Below are positions 51,570 through 64,000 of a DNA stretch of 64,000 bases, piece by piece; positions within the stretch are counted from its first letter, which is position 1, and each line of letters opens with the position of its first letter. Position numbers and translations under genes: made by a program. The notes below the pieces were generated by a model. That model was given only the letters and a program-made list of their open reading frames with translations. It was not told the origin of the DNA and did no database searches. The stretch comes from Eledone cirrhosa (Eukaryota), in the NCBI GenBank assembly GCA_964016885.1, contig OZ024743.1, positions 185,194,001 to 185,258,000 on the forward strand, read 5' to 3'.

Positions 51570-54194
51570 TAGATTTAGAAATAGAAGATAAATAGAGGGT
51601 ACAGAGTGATAAGAGGAAAAAACGGGGGTGGGGGGATGGGGTAGATAAAATATGATTTATAGAATGCTAACATTGAGTACCATTATAGGTTTTACTATAA
51701 GTCACAAACGTTACTTTCTCTGTATACTCCCTGCTATTATTTACTAACACTATTTGTTCTCATTAATAACAACACTTTCTATAGACTATTATATACATTA
51801 TAAGGGCGGTGGATTGGCAGTATCGGTAGAGGGTCATACGCCATGCTTTGCAGCAAAGAGTTACGGCCCTTTATGGTCTGAGTTCAAATCCCGCTGAGGT
51901 TAACTTTGCCTTTTATCCTTACGGGGTCGATAAAATAAAGTACCAGTAATACACTGGGATAATTGCTGGCCTTGTGCCAAAAGTAGAAACAATTATACTA
52001 AATTATTTGATCTTGTTGGGATAAGGTGCTTTTGTATGAATTAATATATATATAAAACAGGGAGAAGACTCGCACACTCAATCATACAAGCCACTAAAAA
52101 TGATAAGAACCTTGTTGTCATCTGTCCAACTCAACAAAATGTCTCGAACGCCACAGGCAGAAAAGATTGTTTTGCTAATAATTCCTGGTATTTTAGAATT
52201 TTATTTCATTTGGTTACGGAAGCAGTGACCCTCACCATCACCACAGCATCCAGGCCTCTTCCTATCAATCCTGTAGAATCCGACTGGCTCCAGAATTGGG
52301 GTTATGTTGACTGGAGCCAGGGCCCATATTTGTATGCCTAATAACATATTTCTCTGATCAGTTGTTGCTTTCTATCACTGGTTTCATTACTATGTTTCGC
52401 ATTTTTATTACATGATACATACACACATTATATATATATATATATAGAGATATATAACAGGTACATGATATCCCCATGTGTTGTAAGAAGTGACTAAAAA
52501 AGTTAGCCTCAGGAAGAGGCAACCGGCTGTAAATTATTACCTCAAAAAGTCTGGTCCAACCTATGCCAACTAGGAAATGTTGACGTAAAAACAATGATTA
52601 TACACACTTTTATATATATATATATATAAGAAAAAAGTCAGGACCCCGACAGCTGAGCTCCGGCCATTTTGACAGTTAGATCCGGATCAGCCGTTGGGGG
52701 TCCTGACTCTTTTCCTATTACCCACTTTACTACCCTAAGTATTGAGTACTCTGGTTCGTTATGGTCCACATGGTTTCTTACCTTACTTTCTTTGTTTTAT
52801 ATATATATAAAGAGCAATCTCATCATAATTTGCGAAATTGCACACTGGAAGGTGGCTGATAAGGTAAAGATGCAGTCGTCTGTTCGTTTTATGTAAGTTT
52901 TTCATTGCTTTTTTTTTTTGCTGATTGTATATATGTGTCTATATATATATATTTTCCTTCTGACGAAGTGTGTGGGTCTTTATTTTCTTTTTGTAAATTT
53001 CCTGTTTTGCATACTGCATATCCTAACTATTTTCTGAAGAAATCAATAATAGTAAAGTTATATACTAAAGATAAAATTTAGCTAATCAGATTTATCCATT
53101 GTATACAACATGGATTAGCCAGCAGCATAAATAACAAGCGTGTAGACATCGGTTATAAACCAACCGGCTAGTCGAGGTCAGTTGGTATCACAACAATAAC
53201 TTGGACAAACAACAGCAATGTCTTTTTATCTGAATCGTTTATTACTATTTTTAAATATTAATAAATAAATAAATGTCAAGAAGTGAAATGTTGATATAAG
53301 AATGCCTTTTACTATATGGTGTTGTTTATGAATAAACCACCATGAACAAAAATGAATGGAGTTGAGAAAACAGCACCAAAAAAAACTTGGATAAAATAAA
53401 AAAGAAAGAGGAACAAACAGCAAAGGTAAAGAGTGCCATTCAAATGGGTGATATTATAGGGAAATAAAAAGGAAACAAAGTGGACTGAATTTCAATATCA
53501 CCTACGACAATGGGTCGTGTTGGGATGCATCAAACCTATCAGAGGAAAACACCAGCACCCCTTGTAGAGTATGATTGAGTGTGCATGTCTTCTAATTTTT
53601 TCCTCTTTACACACATTTTATATATATCAAAAGTAAGTGTACAAACCAATCAAGAATGAGAGATAGATTAGTTGTGAGAATTATAAGCTAGTAATGAAGA
53701 GGACATTGTGCTCAATGCGTATTAAGTGCAAGAGATTTATGCAAATATATAGGCAGAGCATTAATATAAAAATAATTGTCAGAGAATACACAACCAAATT
53801 ATTGAAAAAATATTTATTGGTTTAAAAAAACAAACAAATGATGTTGGAGCAAAATCCATCGGTTTTGTTCCTGGAAAAGTAAAAAAAGAACAAAAATAAA
53901 TAAATAATGGTTTCTGATTTAGACAAGGCCAATAATTTTGGTTGCCAGGAAAGTCAATTAAATCCATCTCAGTGCATTACTGGTACTTTATTTTATCGAC
54001 TCCATAAGGATGAAAAGCAAAGTTGACCATGGCAAGATTTGAACTCAGAATACAGGAGCAAATGCCACAAAATATTTTACCAAATGCCCTAATGATTCTG
54101 CCAACACTCCACCTTTAAATGAGTAAAAAATAATAATGGTCATATTATCAAGTTGTTTTTTTAAAACTGCACTAACGAATAATGTATTCATGCT

Positions 54195-54482
54195 GTCTAT
54201 AATGGAAATTCCACTCTAGTGATCTATAGAGGACTAGTGGTGGGCAAGTGTGACAACGTTTTCAGAGAGACTCTGGGTGTCGATGAAATCGAACTGACCA
54301 ATCTGTTCCAGAGACTATGGACAACTTCCAGAAATCCATGGCTTGGCAGTTCTACCAGAGAGGTGGGGTGGGGGTGGGACAGCCAGTTCGAACAAACAAA
54401 TGCGCGCAGAGTGACGAAACCGTTCTGCGTGCATTACTGACTTGTAGAGTTTTGTTATCATGTGTAGGACAGATCCCGCTAT
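54195..54482 (+). mobile_element. L1/Tx1-like LINE remnant
   Basis: IYRGLVVGKCDNVFRETLGVDE and MDNFQKSMAWQFY, homologous to ORF 60056-60793. Confidence 0.7.
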
Positions 54483-56475
54483 CAAGCATATATATAGAGA
54501 GAGAGAAAGAGAGAAAAATGGGGGAGATACACACAAATATATATATGTGTGAGCATCAAACTGATGTGGAGGGATAATCGATCATATACAGTATATATAT
54601 TGTACATGATCTCACACCTCCCATTTTATCGTTTCAAGAACAACATCCATGTCAAAGCAGAAGAAAAAAATCTGAGAGGATATGTGTTTAATTGACCTTT
54701 TTTAAATTATAAAGATTTTCCGACTGGGTTGGCGATCAGATTCTTTGAAAACACATGAAAAAAAATCATCACCAAAAAACTCTGAGGGTTTCCATCACGC
54801 CCTCGCCTTGCATTTTTTTTTAAGGCAGGGGGTTGCGGGGTGCGAGTGAAATGCAAGTCAGACTAGTTGAAAACACAAAAAAGAAAACTAGGAAAAAACC
54901 CAATTTCTCACCGAACCCCACCGGTTGCTTTTCTATAAATTTACCTAAATTTTAATGAATTACAGTGTAAAGGTGTAGTATCTGTCCACCCTCCTCTCTT
55001 TCTTTCGCCGTTTGATCCCTCTTTTTCTCCTTTTCATTTTCTTTTTTTGTCTCCCTTTTTCTGTTCCCTTTAGTAGTGTTTTATTATTTTTTATTTATTT
55101 TATATATTTTTTTATTAGATACTGCTCAATCATTTTTTATATAATCTCAATGGACTTTCATGACATTGAGAGATTGTGTATATTGAATAAATATGTTACA
55201 GAATGAGATCTATATAAATATACAAACACACATGGCGTATTGTTATGGTTGGTTCGACAATGCTAATAGACACTCACATACCTTACATTTATTATATATG
55301 AGTAAACACAAGACCACATATAAACAGATGCATTTATCAATGATCTCACACATACCGGCGTGTGTAACGTATGCTTTTCATTTTAAAAATATTTTCTATC
55401 ACTATCACCCAATTGATGCATTTACAGCTTCTATTTTGTACATTGTGTATTGACTTAGAGGATAATGGCATATATAATTATCTATACTTTTATAAGATAA
55501 TTTTTTTCCGACTTTCTTTATTATTTATGTTACACACATACATATATGTATCTACATTTTCATCCTTACTTTTTTTATTATATAACAAATATATAAGATG
55601 AAATAAAAGTACATACATATAATCAATTAATTATTTCTAGAAACCTTATAAATATAATTGTTTCCACTTTTGGTACAAGGCCAGCAATAACGCCAGTGTA
55701 TTACTGGCACTTTATTTTATCGACCCCATGAAGATGAAAGGCAAAGTTAACCTCAAATATAATTGTTTCTACTTTAGGCACAAAGCCAGCAATTACCCAG
55801 TTCATTACTGGTACTTTATTTTATCGACCCCGTAAGGATGAAAGCAAAATCAACCTCGGCGGGATTTGAACTCAGACCGTAGAGGGACGTAACTATGCTG
55901 GAAAGCATGGCGTCCGACCCTCTACCGATACTGCCAATCCACACTCCGATAAGGATGAGAGAAATAGAAAAGAAAGCGAGAGGAAAGAAGTGTCTATAAA
56001 AGAAAGTAAAGTCAGGTGTATATGTGGATATTTTTCCTACATTGACGTAGGTATCATTGAACAGCTGCAAAGTAATCAAAGAATAGGTGTTGAAATGTAT
56101 ACCTAATTTTGTTGTTGCTAATATGTTTGTAGCAGTAATTAATGCTCTATTCCGAGCATACGCGATTACATACAAGTAAAGATTTAGGAATAACCGAAAG
56201 GCAAAAAAATAAAAATATTAAATTGAATTTTTATTATTACACTCGGCGAGTTAGTTAATAGATTTTAATAGAATTTTGAAGGTGAAATTCTTGTTTTTCC
56301 TATTGTCTTTTAAGTGTTTTGAACGAATATGGTCTTCAAAACCGTCATAAATTACTCGTCTATGATTTCCCCCCACCACCAGAGAACTTCATAACACTAA
56401 CTGAGACAACTATAATAAAATTTACCGAACATATGGATGTGTATGAAAATTTCATCATTTATGTGACAAGTTACA

Positions 56476-58737
56476 TCATCATCATCATCATCATCATCAT
56501 CACCGTTTTACGTCCGTTCTTCCACGCTAGCATGGGTTAGACGGGTTGTCCTGTTGTGGGCAGTGTCTGGTCGGCTGACCATGCCTTGCTTATACAGGAA
56601 CTGATCTGGCTTGATTTCTACAGCTGGATGCCCTTCCTAACACCAACCTCATTTACAGTGAGTGCTGGGTGCTTTTTCGTGTCACCTACACGTCCACTTT
56701 ACAGTGTGGGCTGGGTGCTTTTTTGCCGTGGCACCGCCACGACCACCTTGCGGTGGGGGGTGTGGGGGCATATTGTCTATATGCTTCAGCTTGTACCCAT
56801 GGGAGGTCGGGTACTCTGTATTACTGCGTGACGCCAGAAGTCACGGTCGTGTCATTGCCTTTGAGAGGTGTAATTGGGTAAGGTCGGCTTTTATCACCTC
56901 ATCCCAGGTCATCTTGGGTCTCCCCACTCCGCGGTTTCCATCAACTTCTAGTGCTCTGCACCTTTTTATGCAGCTGTCATCTTTCGTACGCATCACATGT
57001 CCATACCAGCGCAACCGCCACTCCTGCACACAGCATTTGATTCCTCTTATGCTCAGTCTCTCTCTCAATTCATTTATGCTTTGTCGTTCACGTATATTAC
57101 TGTTACACATCCATCGGAGCATGCAGGCTTCGTTTCTCTCTAATCTACGTAAGTCTTCCACCTTCAGCGCCCAGGTCTCACTACCATGCAACATTGCTGT
57201 TCGGATACACGCATCATACAGTCTGCCTTTCATTCTGAGGGAGAAGCCTTTTGCAGCTAGCAGTGGTAGTAGTTCCCTAAACTTCTTCCATCCCGTTCTT
57301 ACCCTAGTTATTGTACTTTCTGAACACCCACCTCCGCTGCTAATTCGGTCACCTAGGTAGCAGAAGCTGTCTACTGTTTCTACAGAGCCCTCCCAGAGAT
57401 TGGTGGTACTTGTTTCCTGTGGCTGTTTGCTGCTTGCTGTCTCAGTACAGCTGCTGCATGTGAAGCCTACATTCTTAATTAAGCTTCCTGAGATCCTGCT
57501 ACATCTCTTGTGTACCCATTGTTTGCATTTGGGGCAGAGAATGGAGTTCCTACCTACACCTTTCCTACATACTGAGCAAGGCCATTTCCCTGAGGGGATC
57601 TGGGTTCTGTTTTCTCGTCTACTTACAAGGACCTTAGTCTTTGTCATGTTGACTTTGAGACCCTTTCTTTCTAGTCCCTGCTTCCAAGTTTGGAATTTAT
57701 TCTCTAGTTCTACCATAGATTCAGCTATGAGTGCGAGGTCATCAGCATACAGGAGTTCCCATGGGCATCCGGTCTTAAACTCCTCCGTTATTGCCTGCAG
57801 GACTATGATGAACAGGAGGGGGCTAAGAACAGAGCCCTGGTGGACCCCAACCTGTACGCTAAATTCCTCGCTATACTCATTGCTAATCCTAACTTTGCTG
57901 ACTGCTCCACTATACATGGCTTGTACCGCTTTCACAAGCCATTCATCTACTCCTAGTATTCTAAGAGCCCACCAGATTACAGCACGTGGAACTCTGTCAA
58001 AGGCTTTCTCAAGGTCGACAAATGCCAAGTAGAGTGGCTTACTTTTAGCTAGGTACTTTTCCTGTAATTGCCTCACAAGGAAGAGGGCATCAGTGGTGCC
58101 TCTTCCTGGTACAAACCCAAATTGCATCTCGTCTATTTTCACCCGGTCCCTAATCAACTGTGCTATAACTCTTTCTGTTACTTTCATGACCTGGTCCATC
58201 AACTTTATACCTCTATAGTTTCCTCTATCTAGTGCATCGCCTTTACCTTTGTAGCAGTTGACAATGATGCTACTGCACCAATCTTTTGGTATGACACCTA
58301 GTATTACCTGGTTAACAATACGTGTGGTTATAGTGTGACCTACAGACCCAGATGCCTTCAGCATCTCGGCAGCTATACCCGATGGACCGGTTGCCTTCCC
58401 CATCTTCATATCTTTGATTGCCTTACTTACTACGCTGCTGCTGACTTGTACTGCTGGCCCCTCTATAGGGTCTACTTGGGGTAGGGTCTCTTCTTCTCAT
58501 GCATTCTCCTCATTTAGTAATCTATCATAATGACTCTTCCATGCATCTTTCTTCTCAGCACTTGTGAGGGCAAGCTCACCTTTATCATTCCGGATACACT
58601 TCTCTCCAATGACATCACAACTATCTGACACACTGCCTCGCAATCTTGAATACCTCCTGTTTCTGGTCCTCACGTTGCAAAACATGCTTGAATTTTCTAT
58701 CCTCTGCTTCCCTCCTAGCTAAGTATTCTTGTCGCCT
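56476..58737 (-). mobile_element. Young 5'-truncated RTE LINE; open 522-aa RT-containing ORF (56841-58409) with PHD insert and (TGA)n tail
   Basis: QFGFVPGRGTTDA, FVDLEKAFDRVPR, GVHQGSVLSPLLF, LLYADD, FCYLG, GRPKMTW; tail at 56476-56501. Confidence 0.95.
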
Positions 58738-59799
58738 ATCAAATTATATAATTCAAAATCAGAGGATAAAATGATTGCTATTCATGTCTAATAGTTCGCG
58801 TGGAGGTGCATTGAGATACGTGCATTTTTGCGTTTCGAAAGAGTTATTAGCATGTATATTAAAGCGCGAATTTATGAACTTGTGTTTCTGTTCTGAATTC
58901 GTTTCAACACAATGTAACATGGATTATATAAGTCCTTTAAACAGTTTCAACATCTGTAAAGAAACAACTATAACATGTTTCTAATTTAAAATAGAATGTT
59001 ATTCACAGTTGCATAAATAACATTAAAAATTGTTTATAATAATAATCTAAACTGTAATAAAGTAAGAAGAGCGGGACTGCGTACGGTTTATAATTTTTTA
59101 TCCCCCTTAGTAAAATAAGTTGGATTACTTTGAATAAATAATTGTTTCTACTTTTTGGCACAAGGCCAGCAATTACTCAGTGCATTACTGGTACTTTATT
59201 TTATCGACCCCGTGAGGATGAAAGGCAAAGTTAACCTCGACGGGATTTGAACTCAGAATGGCAAGGACCGTAACTCTATGCGTCAAAGCATGGCGTCCGA
59301 CCCTCTACCGATACTGCCAATTTGAATAAATAATGAACGAATATTACATAATTTATTCACTAAATTTCGTGGCTGTTCATTAAATATATGTTATTACTTA
59401 TTTAAAAATTCACTTCTTTAAAATTTTCAAATATCAACACTTCCGGTTAGTGATCCTTTAAATAAATATTCATATATTTCTGTCACCAATTTTCTCCTAA
59501 TGCAGTTTATATATAATATCGTCTTTTTTTAATGTATCATGGATTACGTTACTGATTACATAAGGCAGTGTAACACAGTCTTCGTTCAATTTCTGTGTAT
59601 ATTGTCAATTACGATTTTATTTTATGTATCATATCTACATGCATATATACTTGCGTATAATATCAATATACACACTACACATGCTAGCAGAAAACCACCC
59701 GAACAAGGCCAGCAATTACCCAGTGTATTACTGGGCAAGTGCCCTCTCCCAGTTTTTCACCTTCAATTTACAGGCGTATACTCAGAGTAGGCCCATTCA

Positions 59800-60800
59800 C
59801 TCGGGCCACGCTTGCTCTCCCACCCATCTTTCAACAAAATGCTGGGAAGAGAACACTTCCCTCTCTACCCTGATTTTCCTTTTCAAATGAAATTTGAAAA
59901 AGTTAATCAGGGCATCACCGAAGAGGTAAGTGCTCATCTTCAGCCCTTTCAAATGCGTCCACCATACTATCTCTTTCGCCATGGCCACCAGTCAGATAAA
60001 AACTGCCTGCTCTTCCCGGCTAAAGGAAGTCGGCGGGGAAATCCACATGATGGACTCAGCTGATCCATCCTCCACGCGACAGCAGGTGTTCGACATAAAC
60101 CCACAAGTCAACAATGCTCGGACACTGGACGGGTGCATGCAGGATGGTTACGTCTCCCTGCGCGCGTCTCGGACAGGCCCGGTTGACAGCACTTCCATGC
60201 CTGTAGAGTTTATCCCAAACTGGTAAAGCTCCTCGGTAGCACTGCCAGGCCAGGGATTTCTGGAAGTTGTCCATGGGCCCCGGCCCGAAAGTTCTCCCGA
60301 AGAGATTGGCTAGTTGATTTTCGTCGACGCCCAGAGTCTCCCCAAGGACGTCGTCGCTCTTTCCCTCCACTAACCCTCTATAGAACGCCAAGGTGGAGTT
60401 TCTACCAATCGCATTGCCCGACTGGTCGAGGGCTGTAAACGCCTGAAGACATTCCAGTCTCCAAGCGCGCCCTCTCGGTCTTCGCCTGACCCTGGACTGC
60501 AACTCCATCAAGGAGACGAGCTGGGGCAACACGCGTCTAGCAATCAGTAACCACACCTGATCACCGTCGAGGAAGAGGTGGAGATGCCGCGCATGTATGC
60601 GCATCAACAGCCACGGCATGTCTAGCCCTCCGCGTAGCGGGTGTTGACAGCAGATGGACCGCTTGACCATCGGAGCACGTCCCTTCCACAAAAAGCGAAA
60701 GAGCAAACGCTCCAGTGCAGTTAGGCGAGGCTTAAGACAAGGCACAACGGTCAGGCGGTAGTAGACGACGGACACGATGTATGCGTTCGCCACTTCTGCT
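59800..60800 (-). mobile_element. L1/Tx1-like LINE ORF2 C-terminal fragment
   Basis: LERLLFRFLWKG.......C.....GGL..P, WQCYRGALPV, CP......TILH....CP (decayed zf-RVT/CCHC region). Confidence 0.75.
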
Positions 60801-61439
60801 CATCCTTTCAGGGATAGCTTCCCCTTGGCCCATTTATAATAATTATAATAATTGTTTCTACTTTAGGCACAAGGCCAGCAATTACCCAGTGCATTACTGG
60901 TAAATAATAATAGTTTCTTATATAGACACAAGGCCAGTAATTTGGGGGGAGAGAAAAGTCGATTAAATCGACCCCATAAAGATGAAAGGCAAAGTTAACC
61001 TCGGTGGGATTTGAACTCAGACCGTAAAGGGACGTAACTATGCTGGAAAGCATGGCATCCGACCTTCTACTGATACTGCCAAATAATAATTCTCCTTCTT
61101 CTGAAACACTCCAAGCGGATACTATCAGAAGCAACCGTCTCCAACTTATCCGGCTGGATCCTCTAACGAGATCATGGATGTTATCCAACCATCTTGCTCG
61201 GGGTCTATCTCTGGGTCTCCAGTGATTCTTTTCTGAGACATTCTAACCACATGCCCATAGTATCGGAGATGTGATCTCTCAATTCCAACCCAGCTGCGCA
61301 CGTCAATCTTGTTCATGAAAATAATGAATAGGAGAGGTGACAGTACACATCCTTGGCGGAGTCCGACTACCACATTGAATGGTTATGATTTAGCGCTATT
61401 TATCCGAATGCAAATACCCAAGCCTTTGAGTCTATCTTT

Positions 61440-62900
61440 CGATCTAAGTTGGCTAATCTTGAGCGACTTTTAAAATATCTCGAGGTTATTGAGCCTCACG
61501 AAGGTTTTTTTTATATTTTGGAATTATTTGTCGATTCCTAAGTTGCTGTATTTCCTTAGAGTTAGTCCCTCTTACATATTCCCGTCGTCTCGCCAACGCT
61601 TTGACGACTTCATTGAAGTCAAGGGATTGGTCTATGCCAGGCTCTCTCCAGAGTTCCGTGACCAGGCTCAAAATGGGATTTACGTATAAGCTAAACAAGC
61701 TATAGCTTAAGGCCCCCACTTTCTTTGGGCCCCGAAATATTTGAAAAAAACGGTGTGTACATTTAATATTGAACGTTTTGCAGTTTTTATAACATTTTTT
61801 ATAACATATAAAGGGCCCCATTATCTCAAATAGCTTAGGGCCTCATCAAATCTAAATCCGGCCCTGACCAGGCTGCTTTTCCCAAACGGTTTGGTGGTCT
61901 CGGTCTGCGTAAATGCTTGTCTCTGTTACTTCCTTGTTTTCTTTTCTCCACTCACGCTCCTTTCCAACATGGACTAGTTCCACCAGCAAGATGGATGAAA
62001 CTTTACTCTGTGGAAAGAGCTGGGTTTGTCATTTCTCGTTACTGATGAGGATAGATGGAAGCAGAGAGTATGGACAATCTGCATTCGAGTAACACTTTCA
62101 ATCTCTCTTTGATCAATCTGATCAGTTTTCAAGGTGCCACTTAATTTCTGCAAGCGCAAAATTCTCAGGGGACTGGTTTGATGTCCTGCCTGTGGCCAAT
62201 ATTGGTGGTCTTTTCAGTCTGGACGAGCTTCGCATTTCCATTGCACACCGAGTGGGAGCCAATGTATGTGGGAGTCTGCGATGTCGCTGTGGTAGGCCCC
62301 TCAACTCCATAGGCATCCATGGTTTGTCTTGCCGCCTGAATGCTGGTCACTTCGCCCGCTACACCGAGCTAAACCTGAACATTAAACGGGCCCTAGCTCG
62401 GATCAATATTCCTTCAGTTCTGGAGCCGGCTGGATTATCCAGAATATTCTCTTACCCTTTGTCCTTGCATAAGAGGGTGGTGTCTCATCTGGGACATCAC
62501 AGTGACTCTTTCGTTCCCTCCCACGGACGCCGCAGTAAATGTGACCGTCACTGCTTCCATTGCCGAATGGAATGAAATTCGGAAATACCGGGAATTATCA
62601 AATAACTATTGTTTGCAACCTGAGACGTTTGGTGAATCTGACAGCGAAATTCTTGTTATAGTTAGTGGTTAGCCTTACCGAGGTGTCTGATGATGCCCGT
62701 GAGAGCGTCTGGTTGTTTCAGTACCTTAACCTCACCATCACGACGCAATAATGCCATGGCGTGTAGGCTTGCCTTAAAAATTTCCCTTGACCTTTGCGGT
62801 GTGTGGCTGATTGTCACACTTGATGGTGAATTGGTGGTTGTTTTTATTTGTTCGTTTTTTTTCTCTCGCTTTCATCATAATTTTTTTCTGCATTATATTT
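61440..62900 (+). mobile_element. Decayed CRE-like non-LTR retrotransposon (restriction-like endonuclease clade)
   Basis: YFLRVSP...; FPKRFGGLGLR; GDWFDVLP...ELRISIAHRVG...CRCG......HGLSC......R....N..IKRAL.......EPAGL. Confidence 0.75.
61669..61866. mobile_element. hAT-type MITE inserted in the CRE-like element
   Basis: 8-bp TSD accaggct (61661-61668, 61867-61874). Right TIR taaatccggccctg; degenerate left TIR caaaatgggattta. Confidence 0.7.
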
Positions 62901-63620
62901 GTGAGGTTCCTAGCAATAATTAATTGTATTTATTATGTGTTTATATTTTCATTCTGTAAGAATTATAAGCAATTTGTAATATTATTTATACAACTATAAC
63001 ATGTCGAATTGTATTGTTATTTTTACGCAACCTTACCTATGGCTATTGCAAATAACTAATATACTAACGGGGGCGAGGAATTGATCTAATGCTTTGCGAT
63101 ATTTGTTTCGGCTTTCTGTGCTCTGAGTTCAAATCCGGTCCTGGTCAACTTTGCCTTTCATCCCTTCGAGATCGATAAAAAAAAAGTACCAGTTGAATAT
63201 TGGTTTCAAATCTTCTATATCTCTTTCTCGTTTTCTCCTTAACATTCTCTCTGTGCTCAAATCAGGAGAGTTAACGGCCAATACAATGGTGAAGATGGTA
63301 ACCAATATCATACTGGTGTTAATGGTTAATACAATGGTAAGGGTGGCAGCAATTGAAAAAACCCTAGCAGTATGAAATTGCTTGTCAGGAATTGATTGAT
63401 CAGTGTTGGGCTTGGCTATGTTACTGTTATCTGTCTTTTATTTATATAGCAATTCTACACTGTTTAGCTTTTAAGGTTTATTTGGATGTGTGCATTTACA
63501 CACCATCAATATATAATATATATGTGATTAGTATTATATATAGAGTATATATATATATAATAAAATAAAACAAGGATGAGTGGTTACTCCTTCATTACGT
63601 TGTATATATATATATATATA

Positions 63621-64000
63621 CGATATATTAACAAATGGAAACTATATTTATAAAACCATATTTATTTCATTATACATATTTCAAGGACACTAAGTCAAAT
63701 TATGGTGCGCTTTCATCAAATAAATATTGACATACCCTTAAAGAATGCGACCATTTCTGTTGGAAGCTCCCAGAAATGGTCGCATTCTTTAAGAGTATGT
63801 CAATATTTATTTATAAAACTGATCTATATTATATTTTATCTGATGAAAGCGCACCATAATTTGACTTAGTGTCCTTGAAATATGTATAATGAAACAAATA
63901 TGGTTTTATAAATATAGTTTCCATTTGTTAATATATCGTTTTTACTCCAATAATTTGTTGGGTGTTTTATATCAGTTATAAAAATATTTGCTTGTTGTAT
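63621..64000. mobile_element. Palindromic HHR element (arms 63621-63759 and 63771-63938); intact plus-strand HHR at 63834-63894
   Basis: ttttat-CTGATGA-aagcgcac...gtgtcctt-GAAA-tatgta-TA-atgaaa. The left arm has lost ~30 bp including the 5' side of its HHR. Begins directly at (TA)n. Confidence 0.8.

Noticed and set aside
56662-58032. Long plus-strand ORFs (232 and 210 aa), and the similar ORF at 34427-35116
   Set aside because: They are antisense shadows of the RTE ORF with no independent protein motifs.

Overview
This is repeat-dense, AT-rich animal genomic DNA. It is most likely octopus or another cephalopod, inferred from the SINE types, RTE LINEs and microsatellite load, not confirmed by a search. 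The only convincing host gene is an uninterrupted 417-aa methyl-end (omega-x, delta12/omega3-type) fatty acid desaturase at 43208-44461. The rest is transposon debris and satellites: RTE, CR1-like, Tx1-like and CRE-like LINE pieces, Penelope-like elements (PLEs), tRNA-derived SINEs, a solo LTR, and mariner, piggyBac and hAT-type remnants. The main signal the ORF track misses is about 17 type I hammerhead ribozyme (HHR) motifs, intact or decayed, from several families and mostly next to (TA)n. They include palindromes with an HHR in each arm, a retrozyme-like ~350-bp tandem array with a variant CAGAAGA core, an HHR with a branched ~95-nt stem II, and a recurrent U.U at the base of stem II. A second notable signal is a C4HC3 PHD-finger pattern inserted inside the reverse transcriptase of the dominant RTE family. 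All folds and alignments were done by eye. Boundaries of decayed repeats are approximate, and novelty could not be checked against databases.
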